A stretch of DNA of 62,993 bases, counting the filler, from Lenisia limosa (lineage: Eukaryota; Protista; Breviatea): assembly GCA_001655205.1 (NCBI GenBank). It is 11 parts of 11 records of this genome, joined end to end, with 100 filler letters (N's around TTAATTAATTAA, not from the genome) between each part and the next. Parts side by side here need not be neighbours in the genome. Positions count along the whole stretch, not along the records: positions 12,688 to 27,901 come from LPNZ01002591.1; 10 more parts are not named here. One strand, written 5' to 3'. The position numbers and the translations under genes are program-made. Of the stretch, positions 12,759 through 25,914 are shown piece by piece. The stretch's first letter is position 1. Every line of letters begins with the position of its first letter. The notes beneath the pieces were generated by a model, which was not told the DNA's origin, did not search any database, and saw nothing but the letters and a program-made list of their open reading frames with translations.

Positions 12759-15700
12759 CTCTGTGACGGATCCAACACTTTTGATTACACAGACAGGTGA
12801 GTCTCGGTTCGCTACATTTCTCGCTTATTCCTCACCATGTAGCCGTTTTGCGTCGTCAAGCAAGTATTACCTCGAGGGCTCCATCCAAATCCAGCCCTAC
12901 GCTGAGGTTAGTGGTCTTTCAATGTCATAATGAACTCTCACCCTTCAGTCTGTTGAGGCGTATTCGGCCAGTGCCTTGTGCTCTATGGACTTTGTTCATG
13001 CGTAGGAGGGGGGAGGGGCAAGTCAATGACACGTAGACGGACTTTGTAATTGCATAGAGCTGATACGATGTTTACGAAGTTCCGTTTCTCTGGACCCTCT
13101 GACGTGGCCTTCCAAATGTTCAGTGTCCTGCCTGATGGTTGGTAGCGCTTCATTCAGGACGTTCTTCACCTTACAGGTTCAACTGAGGAGATCACTATCG
13201 ACCTTGCTCAGCACTTCTCTTCCACTTTCGACTCGCTTTCCACTCCAAGTAAGGAAGCTTTGGCCGTTGTACAGGACATCTCCTCACATCCCAGGTCGTA
13301 TCATTCGAATTGTTTGGAGCGTCACTGCGGGAGTCTCAGTCGACGCACCCATCCAGTTACACTACCAAGTCTGTTGTACTTGTTCCTTCGCATTAACCCT
13401 GTAGTCCGAGGCCGAATACTGCATGCGTTGTTCCGACAGTGTGGACTCGGTAGGCGTTGAACTCTCTTGTTTCAATTATATGACATCCCATCCCACCGTT
13501 TATGACGATGTAGTGTGAAGCTGGCTGCAGTTCCGCGTCATGTGCCAAGGGGAAATACGGACCAAGCTGCGAGAACTTCGTGTTCGGCTACTACGGCAAC
13601 GGAGGTAAGTGGGACCCAAGGGGACGAGAATTCTCTAAATCTCAACAAATCTCAGAATACACGTTTGTTTGTCTCTCAGTGTGGCTGACCCCACAGGAAC
13701 AGACTACAAAGCTTGCAGTACTTTGGGCTCAACCGGAGCTGACCCCATAGTGAGTCCAAGCATTTTGCTGAAATTGTTCAATTGCTTCGATACTAACACT
13801 CAAGACTGGAGTCTGTCAGTGCATCGCCAACGTGGATGGAGAACTGTGCGACAAATGTTCAGCTGGCTATTTCCTCTACCCTAACTGCATTAGTAAGCCT
13901 GGGCTTCCACTTGATCAATTGTGCGTCAACTTACTCTTCAGGTATTGCCACCACTATCACCAACCAGCCCAAAATCCAGAGCATTGTTGCTGATGACCCT
14001 GTAAGCTTGAGGCCAAAAGATTAGTTTCCTTGCAATGGCATGGATATGACACTTTAGACCCTTGTCACCCCCACCGCCCCCGTTGTGACCTGTGTTAACA
14101 ACGCCGCTGGAACGTACTGCAGAAGATGTCACCCTGCCTACTCCACCGGCTCTAATTGCGCAAGTGCGGAACAAACCGTTCCTTTGCTCCAATATTCGGA
14201 TTCGAATTAACACCTTTAGCTAGCAATTGTGCCGATGCCGGCTCCTCCTGCGGTGCTGGTGTTATCACTGTGGATGGCGTCGATTTCTGGTGGGCAGCCA
14301 GCCCAAGACTTGCTGATCGACATGACCAATCTCACTCTTCAGTAACTCTGCCGGGACCTGCCAGTGCCGGTACAACTACAACGACTTCCTTTGCTCAACT
14401 TCCGACGCCACGGTCCGCGGCACCTGTGACCCTGCTGGCACTCTCTCCCAAACTTCCGAACAGTGCACGTGCAAGGATGTAAGAAGGGGCTTGTTTGATG
14501 GGGAGATGCTTTTCCTCAGCAATTCCAATTGATGTTTTCAGACCCACACTGGTGTGTACTGTGACAGCTGCTCTGCTAGTCCGCCTTATCTGACTACTTC
14601 CTGCGAGGGTAAGATGGCAAATTGAATGCCCGTGTTGACGATTTAGAGCCGAACATCTATGGTGTGAAAGAGAACACAATCGGATCAGTTCGTGATGGTT
14701 ACGTTTTCTCAGGTCTGCTCACTGCCTTCTGTCATTTTCCATGATATTTTTATGCGATGTCTCATGCAATAGGTGGAGTGGGTAACTGTGACAGTGGCTA
14801 CCTTTGCATCAGCAGCCCCGACACCTCCAACAGCTACTGTATCTGTGTCAAAACCGCTGTAACGTGAGAGAGATTAAGAGCATCCTTCAATCATGATTGT
14901 CTGTAACCACATTAGTAAGCTTCAAAACCGCAACATCTTTGCCTACAACGCAGACTACACACCGTCCTGCACAACAGGCTACTCCGGACCCACGTGTTCC
15001 GATTGTGACACCGGTTACCACATGGAGATGGAGACTGATGTTTGCATCAACACAAGTAAGAGGAGGGCTAAGTCTTCTTTATGTATGAATTGACTGGGTC
15101 ATACAGTTATGTATGAAATTGACTGGATTAGACACTTATGTATGAAATTGACTGGATAGACACGTGCAATTCCGACCTGACAGACTCAATTGGAAGCAGA
15201 GGAGAGTGTATCTGCAAAGCCAACGTATTAGGTACGCTTGCCCTTGTATGTTAAATGCCGCGTGAGGCTGAAGAGGCTTTGTTTGTAGAATGCCAACAGA
15301 GTCACCTCTTGACACTTCAGGAGAGAGCTGTGACAGCTGCGACCCATGGTACCACCAAGTTGGAACCACGTGCCAAGCTTCAGGTTGTGACATCCAGGGT
15401 TCATCCAGTGTGGACTCCTGCGTCTGCAAGGGTGGCTACGACGGTTTGACATGCCACCTACTGCCTTGTTTTACTCTTCAGGCTCAACATGTACGGAATG
15501 TGACGCCGGCTTTTTGTATTTCCCGGCCTGTGTCGGCTGCGCGTGTGGCGCCAACTCCACGTCATCAACATGCTCGTCCCAGGGAACTGTTGGCGGCAAT
15601 GGTATCGATCACGATCTATGATCTTTATGGCACTTCTAACCCTTTAGTGTGTCTGTGAGAGCGGGCTGACCGGACCAACCTGTGCCACTTGTGCCAACGG

Positions 15701-16264
15701 AAACCCCTCACCGGTATGCCCTTGAAGGCCTTGCTTCTCACCATTCAGCGCTGCGAGGCCCAGTACACCGAGCCGGTCGATCCATTGCCGTCTTCAAGCA
15801 CAGTCGAGGAGTCCTCAGAGGAATCAACAGGGGATAACATCATTGTTCAGGAACCGTCTGACGCCGTATCTGTCTCTTATTCGGTTCGGGGTGTCTCCTT
15901 TGCTCTTAACAGTTTTTCTTGTGTTGAAGCTCGAACTAACACCTGCAGACCTTGGCGAAGGTGGGCATTCTCGGACTTGGCGTGGGATTCGTCGTTTGCG
16001 TCATTGCTGCAATTGGTGGGTGCAAACATGCCATATTCTTGTTCCTTTTATGACATTGTAGTGGTCATCTTGCCAAAAAGAGGTGGCCGATCGAAGGGTC
16101 CAGGCTTCGCAGATTTCGAGGATATGGACACTAATATGGAGACGGTTGTCAAGGAAGAGCCGGTCGTTGAAGGTTCAACGGTTGCTGCTGATGAGGTTGG
16201 TTTTGGCCTGGCCCTGTTGTGTCTCATCATTCAGACCGTTCCTGCTGGGGAGTCTATGGCGTAG
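12759..16264 (+). CDS. Type I membrane protein with multiple laminin-type EGF (LE) repeats, S/E-rich stalk, TM helix and short acidic tail; 5' end uncertain
   Basis: Spliced exons give TGVCQCIANVDGELCDKCSAGYFLYPNC, CVNNAAGTYCRRCHPAY, CDPAGTLSQTSEQCTCK, GECICKANVLGESCDSCDPWY, CTECDAGFLYFPACVGCAC, CVCESGLTGPTCATC. These are followed by TM segment VGILGLGVGFVVCVIAAIG and a stop at 16262-16264. Confidence 0.8.
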
Positions 16265-16404
16265 TTGTTTTTGTCTGTAAATGTAGTTTCTTTGGGTATT
16301 TTTATTAAGTTTTGGCTTGACTCCATTACGCAATTTCTTTAATTTTTGCCTCCAGTAGAAATAATAAAAATACAATTCATACACTCTACCATAAAGAAAA
16401 AGGC

Positions 16405-18412
16405 TTAGTAAGAGCCCATAGCGTAGTCCAGTCGCGGCACATGCCCCAAAGCATCTGGTCTGTACAGTTAGCTCCAACACTCTACCAATAGACCAACCTT
16501 GAATACGCCGTGTGCCCCATTTGCAGCCATGCTTCAAGGGATGCAAGTGTGCAGAATACATCCTGGAACTTTTGGTACCTTACAAGGTGAGAGTACCACT
16601 CAATGTCAAAAATAATAAATCCATGATCCTAATCAAGAGAAATGGGAGATACCGGATTCCATTTAACCCACTTCTTGACGGCCATATGTTCTTTGGCCTT
16701 TCTTGCTTTTAGCTCAACATCATCAACAGTGGGAAGTCCTTAGAGATCAATACAGTACAAAGAACTTGAGAGAACAACGCTAATTCAACGAAGCATACCA
16801 AAAGTGTGGACTTCAATTTTATTGGTTTCAGTGAGGGTACACGGCATGTTTTCAGCTTTCGACTCTACACAAGTGAGAAGCAGGTCACGTGACGAACCGT
16901 CAGTGCCGTGAGCCGCGGGGGCGTCCAGGGGTTCCTGGGTGCGTTCTTCTGAGAACTCAACCGGCACGCCATCGGGAAGGTTGTGCACCCATGAGAACAC
17001 CGTTTGAAGCCTGTCCACGTGGAAGTCCAGCCCAATCTGATACTAGGTCAGCAGCGATGGGAAGTCAACTTTCAGAAAAACAGTAATTTATCTACTTATC
17101 AGTCCAAACGCACAACAACAAGTCGATTGATGGCGATGTGTCGGGTGATCATCAGTCGGGTGTACACCTAAGGAGATATAATAAAAAAAGGAAGCGGTTG
17201 AATGAAAAAAAAAAAAAGGAAAAACAATCTGCATTGTAAGCACTCACCGCGTTGCCCATGGTGTCAAAGGAAGCCCAATCCTTCATGAGATAAGCATGGG
17301 GTATGTTCCCTATAAATTTTCTGTGAGTTGAACTGTATATGTACATGTATATGATATAATATATATCATATCAACGTTGGCAATTGGAGGGAGACAATAG
17401 ATCCTGATCCTGATCCCACATTTCGAAAACAAGTAATTGGATGCAGCTGCCGCTTCAAAGAGGGGAAAGAACTCCGCGTTAACAGGGGGTGCTCTATAAA
17501 CAGACCATGCACCAGAGGTTATAATAACTGTGCAATTACAGAATTCGAGGTAATTTGGGTCAAGAGGTGTGGATTACTAACTTGGTTTGACCTTTGCCGC
17601 GATCCAGGCCCTGGCAACAGCATCCAATCGAGCTGTTGTCCATCTGATATGTCAAGGGAATGTCTAGTCTCCATCTGTTCTTTCTGTCATGAACATCAAA
17701 CGCACTACCTTGGTAGCTGGCTGTCCTTGCAAGACATTGCTGACAAGTGGCCTTCCCTGAGACAGGCAAACCCATTTCCTGCAAAGTATAAACACAACAG
17801 AGAAGGCCTTATAAAACAATCATTCACCCACCTGGAACAACTATTGCCGTTTTCTCCATTGTCCTAAAGAGTGATCGCCAGTCCAGGAAGTTTTTAAGTG
17901 CCAGGTTCCAATATCATCCTTTCCTACAGTTCACCCGCATCTACTATACTGAGAATCTGCAATGTCAAGTGAGCAATTTGACTGTCGAGCTTGTCAAGGT
18001 CCAAAAGGGGAAGTGAAAAGTCCTGAATCATGAGCTTGGGATAGTCAAAGTCTAAACATACCCTGCTTGAGATGAAGTTTCCTCTGAACAAGAAAGCTGA
18101 GAAGATGAAGATGGAGAGCAGAACACTCAGCCCAATTGCAACACGAGCCTATGATATGAGGAAATACTGAATAAAAGAACGATAGAAAGCTTCATATATC
18201 ATTAATCACCAACCGCATGAGGGTAGCTGTAAAACGTACTCAAGACTGGTCGGAGAAGCTCCCACATCATGAATATCCACCCGGTGATTTTAGATTGATA
18301 CTAAGACAGTAAACTGATATTATATCATAATAAAAGAGCGAAATCACGTTGACCTCAAAATCAAACCTTGGTTTGGCGAAGTGTTGAGACTTGAGGAACT
18401 CGAAGCAGTCTA
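16405..18412 (-). CDS. Hypothetical multi-exon protein with one N-proximal hydrophobic segment (possible type II membrane protein)
   Basis: Minus-strand exons DCFEFLKSQHFAKPRFDFE, YQSKITGWIFMMWELLRPVL, ARVAIGLSVLLSIFIFSAFLFRGNF, WTTARLDAVARAWIAAK, KFIGNIPHAYLMKDWASFDTMGNA, IGLDFHVDRLQTVFSWVHNLPDG. Start not located. Confidence 0.5.
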
Positions 18413-18685
18413 CAATTCTACCATAATATATGATATCAGTTTTAAAAACAGGTAAATGGCTGTCAGAAAGGTGATAGATTCCAAAGAAAATGGATGGAGG
18501 AGTAGCACACTTCTTTAATTTGGATAACTATGAAATAATTTGGTTTGATTTAGTACTTTATAGTCATTAACGCTGAAAAAGACCAAAAAATTGACCAGAA
18601 ACGAACAAAAAAGCGACACCCGTCCAGTGGCTCCCCCCCCCCCTCGCCTTTTTCCCTTTCTCGCCCTTAAAAAACACAAACAAAG

Positions 18686-20584
18686 ATGCTTGATAAAATT
18701 GAGACTGAAAAAGACGACAAGACCCTCTTCTTTGAGGGTGTCCAGCTGAACGATATCCCCACCGTTAGAAAGTATCTTGATGAGTTCATCACCTTCAGCA
18801 ACGAGCGTGATATTAAAGTGGGATGGTTGAAGATTGATATTAAAGTGGGATGGTTGAAGATTGATATTGTAGATGTTTGAAGATTGGTATTGTAGATGGT
18901 TGATGTAGATGGTTGATGTAGATGGTTGAAGATTGATATTGTAATGACTTCAGGATGAAACACCACTCTTTGTGGCTTGTCAGTATGGTCATCTTGACAT
19001 GGTCGAGCTGCTTCTTAAACACAATGCCAAAGTAAATGACCTTGCTCCAGTGGGGGGGGGGGTTGGAAAGAAGGAGTCAAAGACATTATTAAATACATGA
19101 CTGACTTTCAAGGACAATGTGTCACCCCTACATATTGCCACCTCCAACGGTTTTGTTGACATTGTGAAGCGACTTCTCAAGGAGGGTGCTGACGTTACGA
19201 CTGTTACTGACTTTGTTGGCTGATTTGAAATCAACATAAAAACCCTCTCTCTGCATAAAATCATGAATATAACCTTAAAATTTTAAATGTTCTATGTTTA
19301 TAACGCCATTACTGCGCTCAAGATAATTTTACACGAGACATTTAGAGATAGACCGCATTACGACCCTTGAATTAGTTTATGATTTTTTTTTTGAAACCAT
19401 TTTACGACCCAAAACGAAGTAATAGGTACTAGCATTGAACCTATTATTGTATTTCTACGTGTATGTAATTCTGGTAGAAGGAAACGCTCTTGCACCGTGC
19501 AGTTGTGCATTCTTCTCTTTTCCCCTTCTGCATTGATCTAATCAAAGAAGGTGTTGATATTGACGCCACTACCTCCAAGGTATTCAGAAAATTCACCTTT
19601 ACTCCAAGAGAACTAGCCGAACAATGGTCTTATGCCCCCCTCCCCCCCTCAGGGCCGCACAGCTCTCATGGAAGCATGCCACGCAGGCAACTCTGAAGCC
19701 TGTCACTATCTCCTGGGCAAGGGTGCTGATGTGATGCCTGATGATAAAAACGTTTGAAGATGGGAATTGAGCTATTTCAATTTAAAACCTCATAGAATAT
19801 TGAGAAGACCTTTCCTTGACATTATGGGGGGGAAAGCATTCCTATCACAATTACTTCTTAGGACATGAATGCGGTATTCGGATGTGCGTGGAGCAAACTC
19901 CCAGATGTGATGGAGCTTCTTTTGGAAAAGGGTAGGAAGAAAAAGTGGAAAAATTTCTCTAACTGATTAGGTGCCTCACCCACCATGATATCCAAAAAGG
20001 TGAGATTCTTCTTGTCACATTCAACCTCTTATTCGATCTCTATCACTCAATTCATATTCCAGAAAGAAACTCCCCTGCACTTAGCTGCGATATCAGGGTG
20101 CGGGGACTCAGCCGAAATCTTGTGCCGTTCCAATGTCAACCTCAACCAACTCAACAGACAGGTACGACACAATCTCTGTTCTAAACCTTGCAGAAAAAGA
20201 CTGCTCTGCACATTGCCGGTTTCAAAATGCATGCTGACGTGAGATGGGGCTGGACTAAATGCATGCTGAAATAACTGTTTTTTTTTGTGTTCTGATTAGC
20301 CAGGTTATTGAAGTCCTTCTGAGAAACGGAGCTGACACGTCCCTCACAGATAGGGTGGGTGTTTATGTATCCTTTTTTTTACTTTCCAAGGATAATGCAA
20401 CATGGAGTAAGGCCATGCTTCAAGGGCAGAAGGAAAGGGTGAGAGAAAAGTTCAAGGAAGCAGGCTTCACTGAATTAATCAAGATGGTAATCTAAAGTTT
20501 TACACTGTTAGGACCTTGTTCTTAATTCCCTGTTGAATAAAACAGGAAACCCAAAATCGGATGTTGGAAATTTGCCATGTTTGA
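18686..20584 (+). CDS. Ankyrin-repeat protein (about 7 repeats)
   Basis: Exons encode DETPLFVACQYGHLDMVELLLKHNAKVN, VSPLHIATSNGFVDIVKRLLKEGADV, GRTALMEACHAGNSEACHYLLGKGADV, KETPLHLAAISGCGDSAEILCRSNVNLN, KKTALHIAGFKMHADVIEVLLRNGADTSLTD, in consistent phase-0/1 joins. Confidence 0.9.
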
Positions 20585-20704
20585 ATAATAGGGTACATAC
20601 ATTAAATCAGTACAGCTGTAACATGAAAACAACAAACCGCGTCTTTTGCCGCAGGAATTGGTAGTGAGAAAAGTATCTTGCTTTTCAGGACAATAATAAA
20701 GTGT

Positions 20705-23700
20705 TCAGGATTCTTCAGGATCAAGCGACTATATGGTGAGGCTTTGTGATGTAAACAAGAAAGTAATTACCATGGTCCCAAACCCCTCCAACACTTTGCG
20801 AGCCGACGGTTAAATGGTTCATACCCTTTTGTCGCAGTTCATCATCTGAATCATCAATATCGTTCTGTATTGTTCTAGAAAAGCCTGGTATGGAAGACCT
20901 CGCCCACCAGGCCTGAGGATATTAGCAAGGTCTCTTAGTCGGACTTTCTCATCTTTGATGCCGAGAGAAGCCCGCTCCTCAGCAGACGTTTCCCTAAAAT
21001 GTCACTGACTGAAACCTTTTTATCCTAGAAACTTGCACTCAAGTCAAAGCCCCACCTATACGCTGCTGGGATGAAGATGCCATATCCCAGCGAGGAGTTG
21101 GCCCTGAAATGTCATCAGAGCGCATTAATAATACCAAGCATCAAGGTAAACTCAAACCATGTAGCAGCTCTGAGAAGCGGCATCAATGTTGTGGACTTTT
21201 CCTTTCCATTTGAACCGAATTTAGGTGGAATCATGTCTAAAGTGTCAACTTTCAGGTTGCTTTCAACAATCCTAATGCTGAGACCATACCAGGATTGTTG
21301 ATCGGTAACAACGGCACACTTGGAGAGGGGAATGCTTCTGTATCTTCGTTGTTGTCTAGGTCAATAATACAAAATGAAAGAACTAAATGATTTCAAAGGT
21401 GGAGAAGAGACCCAGGTGATTGTGGAACATGCAGAAAGCCCTGCAACTTGAAGTTGGAGAAGTGGCAAAAATGATATCTTCGGGACTGATTCCGGCGGCG
21501 GCGAGAGTGTCGTGTGCACTGGTCACTGCATTTCCCGGCCTGGGGGTTAAATNNNNNNNNNNNNNNNNNNNNNNNNNNNNNNNNNNNNNNNNNNNNNNNN
21601 NNNNNNNNNNNNNNNNNNNNNNNNNNNNNNNNNNNNNNNNNNNNNNNNNNNNNNNNNNNNNNNNAAGAGAGTGCTCACTGAGGCTTTTCACCGACTTCGG
21701 GTGGAATAATATGGAGAGAAGGCTCGGAGGGAAGAGAAGGGTCGGGCAAGGTACGTGAGGTTCTCGGGTTCAAGTCTTGAGAACTGGCAGTTTGCATTCT
21801 AATGTTGTAAAAAAAGCAGTTTTGCAAATGAAGTGCTTGGTGACCTTAAGTATCCCCACCCGAAGGTCCCGCTGGATTGAGCCGTCGGAAGCTCGGATGA
21901 AGACGTGTGCGGCCGGAGTGCGGTTACCAATCGCCGGTCGCGGAGATGCTCAGGAAGGGCTGCAGTGTCGCCTGTGACGTTAAAGGGTACGGCGGCGGCA
22001 TTGCTACCGATTGTTGCTTGCTGGATGCTTGCAAGGCTCAAGGCGGATACCGAGTGGCAGAGCTCTGATGCAAGGGAATAGCATCTACCAAGGTTGTCCT
22101 GTGAAGTTGAGCGTTGAGCATGTAGCACAGAACCTAAACCGTAAACTCTGACACCACGAACAGAGAACAAACCAATGTCATGACGCGACTCATAAGTTTG
22201 CTCTATGGTGGACATTTCAACTTCTTGCGTTGGTCTGAGGGAGTGAGATGAAGATAAGAGTTACGCCTACAAAAGAGTGGGTTGAACTGGCTGCATCTTT
22301 GGGGTGTCTTCATCCCTTCTAGTCTATAATGATAAATGACAGATGAAAAAAAGGTCACTTACAATAACAGGGCTTGGTGTTGCTCCTCTTATCGCTGCCT
22401 GTAAGGTCACAATAGGAAAGAAACTAATTTCCACATCCTCATTTATAAGTGTGGTTTGTCAAAGTATTGATTATGCCCCCCCCCCACCTGGTTGTGCCTG
22501 GCCAACGCAACCTGGTGAAGCTGGTTCTCAACAGTTGGGTAACTCAGTAGAACAGTGTCCAAGTTTTCCTTAGTCAGAACAAAGAGATCAACGTATCCGG
22601 CTGCGCGGACTGAAGCGGTTCGTTTCGTCTCAAAGAAAACAGCCACTTCACCGAAGAAGCCTGGTCGTGAATACCTGATTGAATAGCCTTGAACAAGGCA
22701 GCGAACATACTTCCTTCCTTGAGAGTGTCGTACACTTGGCTGCCGTCCTCTGACACAATGTCAACACTACCTCTATGGATGAAGTACATTTCTCTTCCGA
22801 CCTACTGCGTCAAGGACTCAACTTAACTTGGAAATTACATGTTATATTGGTATTCGAAATCTATTCTAGGAGACATCCCCAAATATTCAGCATCACACTG
22901 ACTCCATTGGACTCACTTCATTCTTCCTCACAACATATTCGCCGGGGGTGAAGAACTCAGGTCTCATGAGTGTTGAAAGCTAGACAGTGAGATAATTAAA
23001 GGCTGTTCACCATACCATTCTAATAAAGCCCGGTTCACAGTCAGTAAACACGGGGACCTTTTGTATAACCGGCCGATTGAGAGCGTATGCTGCCTACAGT
23101 GTGTCAGCATTAACGGGAACAAAATATAAAAACACCACCCAAACCTCGGCTCGGAAAACAGTCGGCATTTGATCGAACATATCAGTCCACTCAACTCCTG
23201 CCAAGCGTTAAACCACCAAGGATGGAGACCAACCTCTGTTCCTCTCCCAGATATATTGGTAGTAGGTGGCAACGCGGTTTTGAAGCGCCCGCGGCAGATT
23301 TAAATATCGCATATGTTCGTTTATCGTGTAGACCTAAAGAGTCAGGAAAAAAGACTTCTCACCTTTTCTCTGTAGCGGCTTCTTAACGCGTCCCTGTTAC
23401 TGATTGTTGACGCCAGGTTACCCATGATGAAAGAAAACAGCGTTACTCCTGACACTGTGAGGAGACAAGATATGGAGACATAAAATGACAGATTTCAGAA
23501 TTTTGATCCCAATCCTCTTACCCATAAGCTGAACAACCATTGCAAACCATCTTTCATGATCATTTACAGGAACTAAACAGTCAATTTATGAAAAGAGGAA
23601 CACATCCCGGCACCCCACATATATAGATGAAAATCAAAACAAGGTTGTATCCAGCCGAAGCCATCCACAACATCACGCTAATAAGAGATGTATAGCATTA

Positions 23701-25584
23701 ATTTCCACCCAATCAGCTTTCTGCGTGCCTCCACAGCATACCAATTTCACCATACCCAACAGCAGTTAGCGTTGTAACAGCCCAATAGAGCGAAAATGTG
23801 TAGGCAGAAAAGAGACTATGAGGTTCATAAACGTCCATCCACGATCGAATGCTAAAGAGTTACAAATGTGAACGACATGATGTATGATGTGTCATCAGCC
23901 AACCTGAAGCAGTTGCTGTTTCCTGGACATGCCAGACTGAACCAGAAACTGAAAATAGTAAATGCGTTTACAGAGATGAAAAGCTTCAATCAAATGTCAT
24001 GTTGAATGTGATCAACCAACCAGGCAGTGACGTGACTCAGAATGAGAATAATAGTACCGAACTTGAATATTCGAACTAATCCAATGTTGGCGTTAAGTCG
24101 ATCTTCCCATAAGTCAAAGAAATGAATAATCTGAAATGTGAATGGAAGCTGTAAAAATGGAAAATGAAGCTATGAAACGGGGGTTTTAGCATACCCTTAC
24201 GACTCTCAATACTCTATTGAGACGAAGAACTGTGGGGCTAAGAGCGAAAAACAAGCTCAAAAGTTCCAAGGGCAAAAGAGATATCACGTCAAATGAACAC
24301 CAGGAACGAAGATACTAAAAACAATAAGCTGGGAACCCCACAAAACCATGCAAAGAAATACGCTCACCCGTTCAACGATAATTGGACGTTCGACTTGGAA
24401 ATGGCCTTCTTCATTGAAAGCAACTCGCATCTGGAGGTTTAGCTTCTTAGTCCTAATAAACTGTACCCACCTCCACAAAAATCATGATTAGCATGACGAG
24501 ATCGGTTGAGTACACAGCTGCCAGAAGAATAAAGGACCTTTCCGGGCCAAATGCTGCCTATTATGGTAACTCATGTGGGATGAGAGGTTAGTTAACGCTG
24601 GTAATAACGTTCAGAAGTCATGACAACCCCTCTTCACATACCATAAAAGTGAACAGTATTGAAGAGGCAACGCAAATGAAGAGAACGAACCACTGCCATA
24701 AACGATAGCCCAGCTGGTGACGGGTAAGGGGAGAAGAAAACATAACTGAGGTCTGTCTGTGTATATAGTAGACAATAAAAAGATTTGTTGTCCCCATACT
24801 CCTTCAGGATGGATAATGCCGAAGGGTACAATGGACTTGATCGCTTCAACTGTGGATGCTGGGACTTCCACAAGTCTGCAGAGTAAGTTATGGGGCTTCC
24901 ACAAGTCTGCAGAGTAAGGTCATGTCAGAACGCATTAACCAACGCCCTCGCTTGCAAATCAGCAATACCGACGAACATCATTATCACACAACTTACGATG
25001 ACACCACAGCGCCATCTCTTACCTTGGAGTGAAGTTAATCTGTGCAGAGGAGGGTCTTCTTTTGGGAGCGTTTAAGGATGACGACGTCTTACTGAGACAG
25101 TTTTGGTCCCGAGCCATGATTGGGGGGTCATGAGGTTCAACTAAACTACCTGTCCCTACAATGTCAAGCAAAAGGTTGGACTTCTTTCTTTCTTTCATTT
25201 ATACAATTTATCCTGTTAAGGAATTCACAAGATGCATATGAACGTCTCTTCTCTTTGCCCCATCTTGAAACAAATGTCAGAATCCAAATGGCATGGCATA
25301 TTGTTCAAAGTACAGTTGTAAAATGCACCGGACAGAGATCCAGCTTCTTATTTTATTAAGGATAATAAGAAGGCAATTAAGGATAATAAGAAGGCAGGAA
25401 AATGGGACGAGTACTTACTTGGTCGGTGGAGATAAGGTGCTTGAACAGGTCCTCGTTGGGAAATCGCTCCTCTGCTGGCATTTGGCTGCATATTAGTAAA
25501 CAATAGCTTATAAGCTTATTTTATCTGTCTCTACCACCAGACGCTAAGGACAACAGCAGGACTACCTCCTCTCCAATTTTTCAT
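20705..25584 (-). CDS. Cyclic-nucleotide-binding-domain 6TM cation channel (CNG/HCN/EAG superfamily) with a K+-type GYG filter
   Basis: IIHPEG pre-S1; S3-S4 FDVISLLPLELL...LRLNRVLRVVR; pore YWAVTTLTAVGYGEIVPVNDHERWF; S6 LFSFIMGNLASTISN; C-linker HMRYLNLPRALQNRVATYYQY; CNBD PEFFTPGEYVVRKNEVGREMYFIHRGSVDIV...FFGEVAVFFETKRTASVRAAGYVDLFVL. The long low-complexity C-tail and the start codon are tentative. Confidence 0.9.
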
Positions 25585-25914
25585 TAGCTTGTGTAGTAGT
25601 ATTCTTATCCTATTCATATCACATATCTGTATTTATCAACAATTTAAGGTACAAATTAAGAGACAAAGAGACAAGCCCCGCGCCAAAACACCATCAAATT
25701 TTTCTTGTTTAAATTGACTGAAAAAAACTGAAAATAATTTTATAATTAGGACATTTTACTCACTTAATTCGCTAAATAACATATATTTTATTATTGTGTA
25801 GAATTTAAAGTAGTTGCAAACTTTTTTTTTTTCAAGTATTTTCCACTCCTTCTTCTACCTTAGTTAAGTGTTAAACTAACGTATCTCAACTTTGGTTGGG
25901 GGCTTCGTTGGATT

